Shown here: positions 1-14,200 of the stretch, in pieces
Position numbering within the stretch: position 1 is the stretch's first letter
Layout of the letters: each line of letters begins with the position of its first letter
Assembly: GCA_030141605.1 (NCBI GenBank)
Contig: JAQGDQ010000420.1
Span: forward strand, 124,001-188,000
Origin: Tubiluchus corallicola
Taxonomy: Eukaryota; Animalia; Priapulida
DNA length: 64,000 nt
Direction: 5' to 3'
Notes under the pieces: generated by a model
Told to the model about the DNA's origin: nothing
Database searches by the model: none
The model's input: only the letters and a program-made list of their open reading frames with translations
Program-made: the position numbers and the translations under genes

Positions 1-1795
1 GCGCAAAAAGAGGAGGTGTCCGGGGAAACCCGGATGTATGGTAACCCTATATTAGCACCACTCCTAGCAACAAGTAGCTAACTAAGTCTTTTGCTGTGTT
101 TGCTGTATTGCTAAATAGTATTTTACATAGGCTATCATAGCTGATAAGATCTACATCAAGAATTCACTTAGAAACAAAAGCATCATCCTTCAGGATGGAA
201 CAACAACATACAACATTCAAAATTGATGTAGAACATAACAGCTGATGTTCCATGTTTGCATTAGCATTTACACTGCGGATCTACACAAGTAAGCACGATT
301 CATAGCTGACGTCATGAGGTATTCTACCAGAAGCAAGCAAACGAGATTCCCTATTAATCATACCCCTCTTTTCTATGTTCTATCAACAACACAACATATC
401 GACAGGGGTAGTCATTGAGTGCAACTGTTGCACATTTACATTATTATTGCACTATTATAGACAAACAAAAAATTGCTTATGACAGTGACGACACAACAAA
501 TTTAATGTTACGAAAAATCAAAACCACATAGTGAAATCTGAATTGTTTACTAACATAACTCATCTTCAATAATAAATTTATACTAATCATCTAGGTGTTT
601 TAAGTCATTACAAAAAATAATATAGAGTAAACAGAGATTCGGAAAACCATGTCATGGCACGATTGCAATTTCATAATGCAGAACAGTGGACGACATAATA
701 CGTCATGCTAAGTGCTGAGAAATATGCTTCGAAGTCATAAACAAACAAGAAATGGAAAATTTGGCTTCTGTTTTGTAAACACAAAACAGAATTTTTATGG
801 AAGAAATGGTGGTGTTTGGCAACATAAATCTACAGAAGACCCCCCCCCCCCCGACTACTTTTAAAAGTTACTATAAATTATAATTAAAATTCACAAACTT
901 TTAATTTTCGTCTTCATTGCCAATATTAAGAAAATGGAACAAACTCAATTGTTGTCTTAAAGTGTGGGCACATGGGCGAATTAAAATAGTTGCTCTTTCC
1001 GAGACTTGCATCTATATACACTCATATCTCGGTTTGCCGGATATCGGAAGAATCTGGCAAAATCTGGACTAAAAAATCCCGCATGCTACAGACACAGTCC
1101 ACTGTTTTGTGAGGTGACTGCTAGTTGGCGGACCGTCACTTTGTTTACATGCAATCAGCATGTAACGACATGTATGTAGGTTGTATGTCAGCGTGTTTAT
1201 GTGGTTTAATTAGCGTGTGCAAGTGGTTTAGAGTAATTAAGCGGAGATATTTGAGTCAATTGCGAAAATTTTTATATACACTTGCATAGAAGCGGCCCAT
1301 ACTGGACGTTTTTGAGACAATTAGGCACATGATTCTGCATTACGGCTAGTCTAATACACGGTATCTACTGTATTAGCATAGTATCTGAAAATACAGACAT
1401 TCGACAAACTGTGACCGACTTCTCCCCGTTTTTGTCCAGCAAACCCAGATATGAGTGTAATGTTTAAAACTTTGTGCTGATTAATCCACACTTTACAGCA
1501 CATTCCCTGTTTAAAAACTGAAAATGTTAGAAATACCAAATTTTCAATTGGAGGGTTAATTTCAGAAACCTTCACTTTTTTGTCTCCAAGATTGCACAGG
1601 GTAGGGGTCCTGCCGCATTGCATTGCTTGGGGCTTACAAGTGGCATCATACTTTAACAGACAACAATAATAATTCCATTATCATTAATATCCAGGATAAC
1701 AAACATGACTGAACATCTAAAAATCTGGATCAAGCTGACATTTTTGACAATCTCATCTAGTGCTCAGACAAAAATTAAAAGTTTAAGGTCTAGCT

Positions 1796-2202
1796 CAGGG
1801 GTGTGCAAAGTGCAGCCCGCCGAGAGATCTTGTGCAGCCCGCGAAGAGGTTTGTCAACGTAATGAAAGTGCGGCCCATGCAATCCAGCTGAAATCTGCAC
1901 CAATATCGCAAAGATAGTGCGGGTAGTTTTTTCCTCTAGATCGGATGGCATTAACCCTTACAAGACCGTTGTCACTTAATATCACTGTCGGACATGATGA
2001 AATATATGGTTTTTAATATAAATTTTAATAACTTCTAAAATAGTTTCTTGAGTGTAGTAGTAATGATGTGCACAAATCGGATGCAAAAAAATTGTTATTA
2101 GGTCCTACTGTACTTGGCTCCTTGACCAAACTGCATGTGGCAGACAGGAATTGCGGGAATGTTTAATGTTGCCCGGCTAGTCAGATAATTTGCACACCCC
2201 TG
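1796..2202. mobile_element. hAT-type MITE
   Basis: TIR CAGGGGTGTGCAAA / TTTGCACACCCCTG, 8-bp TSD GTCTAGCT/GTCTAACT. Sits 26 bp past the RETSAT-A stop codon. Confidence 0.85.
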
Positions 2203-2228
2203 GTCTAACTATTCTCTGTTCTACAAGA

Positions 2229-5200
2229 CTACCCGTTTAAAACAGTAGTGCAACCATTCATTTCTGATTGAACATGTCCATTGAACGGACTGTTGCAAGC
2301 ATTGTCTGAACTGGGTCTACCATTTGCAACTGCCTCCGACTTTTTCACGTCATCGCCGTCATCATCCAACGCCTTTTTCGTGTTTCGTGAGAAACAGTCA
2401 GTGACGAAATTTTTCGCTTGGAAACAGAGAACATCGATGAATTGATTTCGTTTCAAAATGGATGACGCTGTCAGAGCTCCTGCCATTAGTGCCCCACACA
2501 GTCCTCCGGTGAATATGTCTTGTCCTGTTTGAAAAATAAAAAACCAAAAAATACATCAAATATAAATAACAGTGCCGAATTATATAAGGGTAATTACCTG
2601 AACTTACTTTTCTCAGCCTCTAGCTTGAATGCCTAGTGGCTGCCCGAACTAGAAGCTGAAAAGAAAACCTGTTTATCATGAATAATAAGATGACTCTTAA
2701 CAAAATAGGAAAATAACAACATTCAAAAACTTGGACAAAAGATACTTACCACTGATATACAAATTGGGAATCATCGTTTGAGGATGTAGTATCGTATTGG
2801 CATGAGGACCAAACCGCTGAAGATGGTGGTCCAGTCCATACATTTCACCACGATTCCAGCCAACGTAATAAGCGTGTGATACTGGTGTGCCCAAAACTTT
2901 ATACTCCACCTGCATCGAACAACATAATAATATGAACCTATTTGTCTGTAACCTGAAGCGTGTTATGCAGATTGCTCATAACATTGAAACTTATCAAGAC
3001 ACTAAAAAACATGGCATTTAGACAAGTCACAAACAAAAACTTTTCCAGTAAGCACGAGAACACTAGTGTTGCTCCTCATGTCCGATTCGTATCCGAAAAT
3101 GGTGAAATTCACAAGATTTTGCAGGTATTCGTATCCGATATTATCCGGTAGTTATAAAAATTTGATATTCGCTATCCGGTTTTCGTAATGTGCAACTGCA
3201 AACAGTTTTTGAATAATTTGAAAAATAAGTATTTAAAATATTACCAAAAAAACTTTTGAGATTGTTTTAGCCTACGTTTGTGTTTTCAAGATGAAAATTT
3301 TACACACATCTTTTTTCATTTGTGTGTGTGTATGGTATATCTTCGGGCTAGGTCCTTTAAGGTGATAGATTAAATGAAAACTCTAAAGTTTGCAAACATT
3401 ACTAATTTTTCATTATCCGAACTGATCCGCATATTCGATCCAAACTTAGCTAACCTATCCGGTTATAATCCGAACCCGAAAGTAAGTTTGAGGAAATATT
3501 CGATGACATCCGGCAAAAAAGTGTATCCGGAGGAACACTACAGAATACTGACCATAAAATAACAAATTACTAATTTGCAATCATCATCATACTGGCATAT
3601 TTAATTCAAAACTGCTTTGCAAATCACTTACGTAAATTTAAACAAAGATCTCCAAGATGTTTGGAGACTTTGCCACTTCTGTCGTTTTACATCCGTTACG
3701 ACTGTCTGTTATACATCTACATACAAATATTAACTCACTACCCGGATAAAAGAAAACTTGTCACTCACGTGTTCCTCTAGATGGGGGTAGAGTTCGAACG
3801 TGCGACGCAACAACTGTCGTTCAAAACCCGCCTTTAACGCCTCGTATTCTTCACCGCGATTCTTAACTCTTTCGTTTTCCCATGGTTCAAACCACTCGTA
3901 TGGACAAAGCGTGATGACTATTGCTGCACTTTTGCCTGAAATGCATGTAAGCACCCAGATTTGTACAAGTATCTCTCTAAGAAGCATCAAGACATATAAA
4001 CATATTTAAGTTTATTTAGCCATCCACAAGTGCAGTTATGATGTTGCTTTTTGCAAACAAAAGTAAAAATAAAAAATGGGAAAAAAATGTTATCAATAGA
4101 ATTGTGATCCCTAGAACCCTAGAATGCTATTGGTGACACTGACTCTGTATATTTTTGCACATGTGGAAAATTGGCAATCATTTCTGAACTCCAAACTTAA
4201 ATATTTCTTCCGTAGTGGGTAAAAGTATGTTTGCTTCTATGAATGCACTTTGACCACTAAGCAGATTGTTCAGCTGTAATAAAGTCTACCATAAATACAA
4301 CCAAATAATAAAAAATTAAGAAATTTGTTTCTGATCCTCTCGGAGACGACGACACTTGTAGAAAACAATGAAAGAGAAAGGAGAATAGACGCACCTATTT
4401 CCACAGGTAGTACTATCCATGCAAAGGAAAATATTAATGTAAAAATGTGTTTGTTTGATTTTAATAATAATCTGAGCATTCACATTTAAAGAAATAAGAA
4501 AACCAATCATTCACAGATCTCTAAATACAAAACAGAATATTGAGGCACCAACCTACGGCTCTGCCCACTTTCTTTAAGCCAGATAAATGTCATTGGACTT
4601 TCTTAAATAAGACAAGAAAGGAAAACACACCTGGATATCTGCTCTGCCATGTAGGATCTTTCGCTGACGGAAAAGAAATGAACGTACAGGGCACAGGAGA
4701 TTCGGATGCTTCATGTACGCTTAACGCATAGTACTTCTGCATGGCGCCTGTTAAATCAAAGGATTCGTCGGGGAAGTACCACGTGTTCTGTGCCTGCAGG
4801 TGCAGCGATTCTGTCGTTCCGTTCAAACCAACAAACAGCTGTATGCAAGCAATACCCGGCCGAACTCCACTGTGAGGAATCATGCCATGAAACCCTACAA
4901 TGTACACAAATAAAAAATAAGATGATATACTAAAATAAAAAATAGCTATTTACATAGGTATTTCAGCTGCGTACAACTCTTTCAAAAAATTGTGACATTG
5001 TTTGCAACTTTTCAAACAGAAATGTTGAAAAGCATTTCTTGGGGAAAAGTTTGACTTGAGGTGCAGTGCTTCAAGAAATGCTTATATTTGTAATCTACAA
5101 TTTTGTACGGCCATATCACGTTGAAAACACGAGTTCTCGTCTGATCACCGAAGTTAAGCAACGTAGAGCCTGGTTAGTACTTAGATGGGTGACCGCCTAG

Positions 5201-8200
5201 GAATACCAGGTGCTGTAGGCTTGCGGGATGCCCACACTGTATCTCGACACTAGGCGGAGGAGCTGCACAAGCAGCCACCGGCTAGAGGGCGAAGCAGGTC
5301 AAGTGACCCAACGGCCATGTGTAGGACGCTTCCAAATCAGGAGTGGAGCCCCAAAGGCGGACCAGTGCAGCATGCTCATTGACTCCGGCAGCTCCTGCAG
5401 CCAACCTAGTGCCAAACCTATCGCTCCGCTTTCCTTTGGACTACACCAGGGAGGAAGAGAGGGGGTTCCTGTTGCCTGGGCAACTCAGCATCTCCATACA
5501 CCTTGCCCAGACGTGCGCCCTGTGCCACTCCAGTAGTTCAAGGTTTGGATTGCCCAGCCACAGTCGATGCTGCAGCTCCATCAATGTGATCAATAACTGA
5601 CTCTCTTGGCGCACACTCCATTGTCTTCCGAGACAGAAAGATGCCAACAACAACAATTTTGTACACAAACTGTTCTTAACTAGCCATGGAAATATTGCAA
5701 ATTGTCTGGAATTTGATTTGAACTAAATGGTGAAAAATATTTCAAAAGTAGTTTTTTTTAAGATTAATGAAGCAGAATAACATATTGTATTTATAACAAA
5801 ACATTTGTGACACAAACATTCACAATGTCATGGCAATGTTGTGTCACTAAGATAATAAGGTGGACGTAACTGCAGTTCAAAATAATTATAATATGTACAA
5901 TAACTAATACCAGACATACTCAAACCTAATATAACTAGACCGATTATATCCTTTACGTAACTGACCAACATTCTTTATTCTGTCTATAAGCTCCCTATAT
6001 ACTCTCTGCAATGTTCAGCCAAATTTAGCAACCAACCTCCATGAGTTAGTATAGGACATTTACGTGACTTAACTGCTTGACTCCGGAAGTTGTGAAGAAA
6101 TCCTCAATTATTGTTTTTTGTAAGTATACTGGTTGTTTGAAAAATTTTAAAAAATAACCTGGACATGCCAATGTTAATTAGCCTAACTCACAGATCTTAA
6201 GGTATGCAGCAGAAACATTTAAACTAACAAATTTGCTGCGAATTTATTAAACTTCTTCATTTGACAAAAAAACTACTTGACAAAATTTGCATCATTTTGT
6301 AGCACTTTCAGTTTAGATTAATTTTTTGGTAGATCATTCTACTAACAGTAGTTCCTTTTTACCTGACTTCTCTGCGATCTCTTCTGGCAACAAGCGGTTA
6401 AATGTGTTCGTCACTCCAGCAGTAGATACGATTATAGGTGCATGTATATCTATGTCACTGTCACCCTTTCTTACACGAACACCTAATAAATACAATAATA
6501 AGTATCATTGTCATAAATAACACAAGTCTAAAATATCATAATCTCACAATTACGCATGATCATTTTTTTTTTGTTTTGATTTGCAATTCAGTATTAGTTC
6601 CTACATGCTCTAACAATGTTCAAACTTCTCAGAAAAAGTTGACAATAACAAAGAAAGCTTCCATTTTAACCTTCTTATTAGCCGAATGCAGAGATACCAA
6701 CACTGTGTACTAGTATTTCAACTGACAGACACATTGCACCAGACATATTCTTTCCCCAAAATAGAGTTAAACCTAATGTTTAAATTCCTTGCCAATGCTT
6801 CCCCTGGCAAAAATTCCTCCCCTTAGGATTGCTCTCCTGGGAGTCAAGTGTCTCTTAGCTTTTGAATCACTGATCTAAGAAAACTCACTGAATAGCAGGC
6901 AGACAATACATTTTTGAATGAAGAAATACAAAAACAGATCCTGCTTTTGAAATAAACAAAGGCCTTCCTCTCACCCTCAGCTTCGCCTTTTGCATTGACC
7001 AGTATTTGCGTCACAGGTGCTCGCACCAAAACTCGCCCTCCAGCTTCTTCAATAGTTGGTATAAGATGGAAAGCAACCTCGCTGGCTCCACCTCGTGGGT
7101 AAAAAGCACCGAACATCAAGAAATGATTCAGAATCAAACACTGCATGCCAAAGCTACTTTCACTTGGCAATGCACCTACAAGTGAGAAATATTACATCGT
7201 GAAAGTGAATTGAGCTTACTACTATAGATCACAATGTCTGCTAGCAGAAAAATGACACAACAATTACTGAACTGCATGCCATTCATTCTTACACTGGCGC
7301 CCATGCTCACACAGACACTTTCTACGACAAAAACACATGAATAAACAAAGCATGCTTACAACAATTACCCTAACTGCTGATTTTTTCAAGAAGGAAGCAT
7401 TAAAAATTGTGTATCAACCAGAATTCGACCCCAGCACCTCCCTGCTTACACGACAGGTTGAACTAACCATTTAAGTTAATGGCCTAGCATAGCAAAGGTG
7501 GTCTGAATTCTTATCCTAGTAACACACATTAATCAGAACCACATATCCGCTACTAGTAACATGTTACTATATTTTGAATACATGCACGCACGAGCACACA
7601 CAGTGTCATTTGTTGGAAATTTACAATTTAAACAAGAGGCACATTTAAGACGTGAATAAAAAGGCTTGAACATCAACATTAAGAAATGCCTTTAACTCAC
7701 TTATAAGAGACAAATTACAAATTCTTTCTGAATTAAAAAAACTCTTGACATTTGTGATCACAACGCACATGTGTAGCGTGGACAAATTGTGATCACAACG
7801 CACATGTGTAGCATGGACAAATTGTGATCACAACGCACATGTGTAGCATGCACAACTTGTGATCACAACGCACATGTGTAGCATGCACAAATGACAATCA
7901 TTAAAATGAACGTGAATTGTGAAATGCATGCAGCATGTGGTATAAAATTATGTATTGAGCTTCCAGAGTCTGTGGAGGTAAAAGTGTTACAAAACGTACA
8001 TAACCTGGTAAACGTAATGATTAGTCCAGATCGCCATAACTTTAAAATATTGAAACACGTTGCCTATAACAGTAGCTAAGCTTGTTAAATAGCTAACTAA
8101 ACAACAAGTTATTTGGTGCCTGCAAAAGTAACTTAGTGAAAGCAATTTAACTTGTTAGCGTAAACTGTAATTCATAATTAGTACTTAAATCTGAAAATAA

Positions 8201-11200
8201 TATTCAAACACAATTATAGCGAAAACAGGTTAGCTAAAATGTTATCAATTAACAATCATAACAAACCAAGCACATCTACATAAAATATACAATAAATCTA
8301 ATTTGTTATCTAGACCTAGAAATCTACATTGGTGATTTTTGTTAACAAACTAAAAAGTTAACAAAAATTAAAATGCATGTTAATGAGTTATCAAGGCACA
8401 ATATTTATTGCAAGCATTCCAAAAACGTCTCTACTCATTATAAACAAATTTAAAAAAACAATGCAGAAGTATGCCTGCTGTACTGAATTCTATACTTTAC
8501 ACCAAGTGGCACGTTAGTATGTACAGCAAGAAGTACAATTATCATATGTACAATCCACTGCCAATCAAACACCTGAATTCCAAACAAAAATATGGCAAAA
8601 TCACATCCTCTTCTTTGACGGAGGATGTACTCACATTCTAAAATGACAGAGACACCTCTGCTGGTTCAGTCTCTCAGAAGATTGTCCCTGATAGGACAGA
8701 TTCCAGTCATTGCACAACTGGCCACATTAAACAGGCTCTGTTACTCAGAACTAGACATGAGTCTGCATGTTATATTTACTTATTTGTGAGAGGTTAATAA
8801 GCAGGAATAATGAAGCATCTTGTGTTCCACAACACTACTGGCCCCTGGTGACATGGTTAGTTCGTAATAAGCGTCACGTTTATAATTTAAGGTAATTTAT
8901 TAACAAATAAAAACTTATGGTAAGTTGCAACAGTACACCAAGGACGTCGTGCAGTTCGAGTTAATTTCTAGTTTGCCTGCCCAACATGCACCGTGCTGAA
9001 CTAGCGAACATGCTTATTAGTAAATAGCATGTGTCATCTCACCGTAATCACCAAAATTGTAGCACATGATGGCCTGCAGGCATGGGTCATTGGTCAACTG
9101 CTTGACCGTGTCCAGAAGATTCATGTCATTGTATGCGTAAAAGCTAGAGTTGTGAAGAATGAGTTTTAACATACAGAATAGCCAGATGCACACACGCATA
9201 GAAACAACAATTGCAAAAACTTAAATATTTACTAATGAAAAGCTTGGTAATATTGCATGAACAAAGTTAAACATTTGAAGTTTGAATTTCTTTAATAAAT
9301 TAACAAAAATTAAAAATTTAACAGAAAAATACTGTAGAAAGTTAGCATATAGTGAGTTATTAACTTCACAAAAATAAAAGAAAATCTTAACAACTACGAA
9401 TAATAAGATGGTCAGTTTTCCGCAAGATAAACAAAAACACTGCTCATTTAGAAGGCAAGTACAAACAGGACAAAATTCAAGTTTCCAGTGTTAAAAAGTT
9501 TAAAATATGGAACTAACACTTAGTTAATTATTGTACACCAACAAAACTTGTGTATCTACAATAGTATTTTTAATATGTAATTTAACATTGACAACAAATT
9601 ATGTCTAGAACTACACACCACAAACAGGCAGACTTTACCAATTTTCAAAGAATTTTTCAAATTAAATTTATTAGGCAAAAATAGCGATAAATACCACATT
9701 TTCAGATTTGACAACCGCAATAATGGAAATATAAATAAATTACTTACAGATTGTCACCTGTTTTGTTGTTATTTGTCATAATGAAGCCACCGAAAAGGAT
9801 GGCTTTGTTTACTGGGAGTTTCGACATCCCAAGAAGTTGAAGATGAGAATCACTGAGGATAAGCAGAGGTCACATTCTTTGGATGAACTAGGATAAACCC
9901 CTCTATCTATCTGAAGGATTTTTTACTCTAGCACAACAAAAAGCTATACATTTATCATAACCACACTAAGAATTAACTTGTGTAGTTAGATAAAACTTGA
10001 TGACAACATACCTAGTAAGCCATCTAAGAATGCCGGTTTTTAGTAGAAACTTGGCAGCTGTCAATGGCAGAAACTTTGGCAAAGCTAATCCGTAGCCTTG
10101 TATAGCAATCCTCTGAAAAAATACAGCATAATCTTAAGCAGCCTTTAATATTCATTTATTTTGTTATCATTTTCACTTATATGCCTTCATCTTCTCACTG
10201 AGAGGTCAGACGGACAGTCAGAACACTTTATCCTGTACCATCTCCTTCCTTTCTCATCGAACCTCAAGCTATCCTACACACACCCTTTCCACGATGTCTT
10301 TCCCTTCCCTTCCCACCTCCCCCAGCGAATTCCCTTCCTCTGCCCTCGCTACGTGACGAAACCACTGCAACCCTCTCAGCCTCAACTTGTCATGAATCTG
10401 CACCACAGCACGTCTCCATGCCACTTCTCCGTCAATCCTGCCACACCATTACAAACTGCCGACTATCACTAACCACCGTCTATCAGAATCCGTAACAGAA
10501 TACAAAATACGGCGAAGCATCTCTAAACCCCTATCAAACTGTATCCCACTAATTCAGGACATGTTTAAGGGTACCTGTCTATATAATTACATGGCCAGAA
10601 TTTTGTTATATTTCGCCAAAATCTAAGCTGATTCTCGCCGTGACATTTTACGAGAATCCAGAGAATCGAGGTCAAAATTATATAGTTCAAGTACGATGAA
10701 TTATAATTACTGAAACAGCAAAGATTGAATTTCAATTAAAGTTGGATTATTATAAGAATTAATCACTATTAGTGCTAGCATCTTTTTTACAACGAGACCT
10801 AACTTTCTTGATTCAGTCTCCAAGCCAATTAGGTATTTTGTTAATTATTCTCTTTGTCATTGAACCAAAATCGTCATTTCCTTCATCAAAAAATGTATCG
10901 CAAGTATGTGAAACAAGAATTGCTCTATATTTACGCAAAATTTTAGTGGTAATTTGACAAATCGACCGCTATCAAACTTCATACACTCTGGACACACATT
11001 TGTGGTCTTGCTGGCTTCGCAACGAGCACAGATACCCTATGATTTCTCTATGCAACACTGAATGAAAAACAGCGCACCAAAGACACTTGGGAAGTAACAT
11101 TGTAAATTCATAAGAACAATATATCAGCATGTGTGCTAGCACAAGGCAAAAGGTGTAAGAGGCCGATTAGTGAGAATATTATCTTTATTTTTTTAACACT

Positions 11201-14200
11201 TAGGTAAAGTCTGTGTGAATCCCAATAACAGGCATTGGTGCGAATGTTTAGGCGAATGGATTCTAGGATTCGCTTCGAAATTCTGGTCGTGAACTGTGGT
11301 ACATTAACTGTCTTTAAAAAGCTTATACAGAATGTTGCAAGCATTAGTATTAAAAAGACAACAGCAACATAAATGTTTTAGCAAATATGTTCACCTCCCA
11401 CTTTTGCTATATATTATGGTTATTATAAAAGCGACTGATTCAAATATGAGAGAGGACTATGTCGCAATAACTGCTTTCCAATTTTCCATTGTGCAGTTAT
11501 ACTTACACCTAGGTAGCGACAAAATCTTTCGATGGCATCTTTTTCAGCAGGAAATCTTTCAAGCAGCTGCTTCTTGAATTCGCACTTTGGTGAGCAAATT
11601 GGAATACGTTGCCGTCCAAGTACCACCTACAAGACGGTAAGAAAAACAACAAAATATGTAAACACTAAAACAATATCTAAACTGCGACAAAAACAACTTG
11701 TTTATGTTTTTAATTGCTAAATGAATTATTATAATGACGCCTTAGTAAGCTGTTGTTATTGGTGATTTATTGAATAAATCTTACGAATCAATTTTATCAT
11801 TTCTGCTTGTGCTAATTAATTAACAATATAATGCCAAACAATAGTTTTTGTTATACTGCATAACTTTACTTTTTCTATTCACAACTAAGGAAAGTATTTA
11901 TGAAAACATATCATCGTAGCTACAATACGAAATCTCATTACATAATTTTCATTTTATATTTTGTTCACCTATATTTCTTCTCTTTTATTTCAGTTTTGTT
12001 ATTATCTGAATTTTGCAGTACAACTAGCTGGTATTCATCATTTTATCATTTTTTTCATTTCATTAATTAGAGAAGAAACAACTTGATGATCAATTAATCA
12101 ATACTGTATCGTTTTTCACACACTTGATGATGACACTTTCTTACATTAAACAAGAAAATCACCCACCGGTTGCGTATTAGGCTCAGCATTGCTTAACTTG
12201 TACTGCTAAGCCTAAGCACACACAGCAATCACTCCACCATTAATCCTACACCCACATAGTTCAAATTTCAGATAGTTTCATGATAACACAGCTTTCAATA
12301 GCAATGCAAAAAAACCTCACTCTGCACAAACTGGTAGCTTTAACAGTCAATATTAAAATAAAAAGAAAATTAAAATAAAAAGAAAAACAAAAATAGATAA
12401 AAAATGAAGGAATAAATAGATTGGTAAATGAATGAATAAATAAGATTTCAGTTTGAATATCTGGAAATCAATAATATACAAGCAAAGTACAACTAGTAAC
12501 TAGGTTTATAAATAGTTTTTCAGCAATTAGTAAAATTTATTTTCTCTTACCATAAACATGAAAATCTGCACAAACAATACACAGCTATATAACATGCAAA
12601 TTCAATGACAGTATAGTTTCAAAGTTTTCATCAAATACCGTAACAAAATGCAACCACGCCTGCATTAATACATAGTTCATAAAAGATAAACTACAAAAGT
12701 TACCGAATCGAAATCTTTGCTCAGTTTTGTCCACACCAACTGTCCATTGGTCAACTGATTAAGCATTTCAAAGTTTTGAGTTCCCGGTGCCATTTCTCCT
12801 ACATAATGTATGCCTAAATAGCAAACGAAAAGGTAAATGTACACAAAAACAACTAGATTTAATTAAAACCACAGTAGTTACGAACATAACCAGTATTGGA
12901 CTGAAACAGAGTTTTAAAAATGACAAAATATTGTTATTGCTTTCTATGACAGCAAAGTTCAATCAATTTCAACACTTGAATTATCCATATATGGCAAATA
13001 GAGGTAACTACATCAAAATATAACTACTAACATATTTGTTTGTTTGTTTGTAGAGAGTAGAATAATTTCATACCAATCAAGATATGTAATCTGTAAGGAA
13101 TTGTTAAATTATCTATATAATGTTATATCATATACCTCTTGTCTATCTAACTACTGAATGGTACTGACTGTTAAATTTCTTTGTTTTAGATGCCTTGACA
13201 ATGAACAGTTTGTTCAAAACTAGTCGGCAATAAATTCCATTTTGATGCAATTTCAACACTTCTAATAATGTGGTGGGGTGCAGTATAGATACACTCAACG
13301 ATTATGATTTTAGAAAAACTAAATGACAAATCGTTAATTTGGAGATTCACTAAGAAAATGATCATAAAGTTATTGTTCCAAAATATTGTACAAACCATTT
13401 TATAAATTATAGGCACGATTTTACACATGGTTTTGTATTTAACAGTCTTGTAGATAGTTTCATGACAACTGCAAAGAATCGGGGAAACTTTCACAGAACC
13501 AAAGGGGAATTAAAACCAATAGTTCCGTCCTACTAATCGTTCAAAGCAAGTTTTTTTCATCCCATAACATCGCTCTAAAGAGTAAAACTTCACGCACCAA
13601 CATCAAACTCATAGCCATTTTCGATGAATGTGTGACAACAACCACCAGCTTGGTCATGCTGTTCCAAGACTAGAACTCGCTTTCCATGCTTCGCTAAGAA
13701 TGCAGCGGTGGTTAATCCTCCGACACCGCTGCCAATCACTATAGCATCTAAATTGCTTGGCAACTTCTTGGTAGCAAAACCTGAAACAAAACGACAAAAA
13801 TACTGAAATAACGAAATCTCATAATACTGAAATCCGCTTTTTAGAGAAAGTAAATGTTTTATAACAACTCTCAAGTTACCTTGTTGGGAGCAGAGTAGGA
13901 CACTAGCCAAAGTAAGACAATTGGCATACAGGGCGAGCCCAAGTAGGACGCGTCGTACATGGGCTAGCCCAAGTAGGACACATCGTACATGAGCTAGCCA
14001 AAGTAGGGCGCGTCGTACATGGGTTGCCCAAGTAGGACACTACAGACAAGTCACAAATCGAGTCGTTAACCCTACTGGCAGCATCAATTGCCAATGTTTA
14101 TTTAATAATAATGATTGAAAACGTTGAAAATTATTCAATACATGTTGAATAATTTATTATACATCTGATAAAACAAAAGAATTTTATTCTGAGCTAGTAG

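Noticed and set aside
5106-5222. Functional 5S rRNA gene (also 56871-56988)
   Set aside because: The 5' bases are missing or altered, there is no T-run terminator, and both copies are fused to the same body and tail with TSDs. They are SINE heads.
5228-5668. Overlapping ORFs in SINE copies (also 57083-57418)
   Set aside because: GC-rich SINE body with frames not conserved between copies. Only the short RTE fossil motif is meaningful.
10565-11040. Possible TTAA-GGGTACCTGT...ACAGATACCC non-autonomous element
   Set aside because: The TIR is short and imperfect and the right TSD is missing. Insufficient support.
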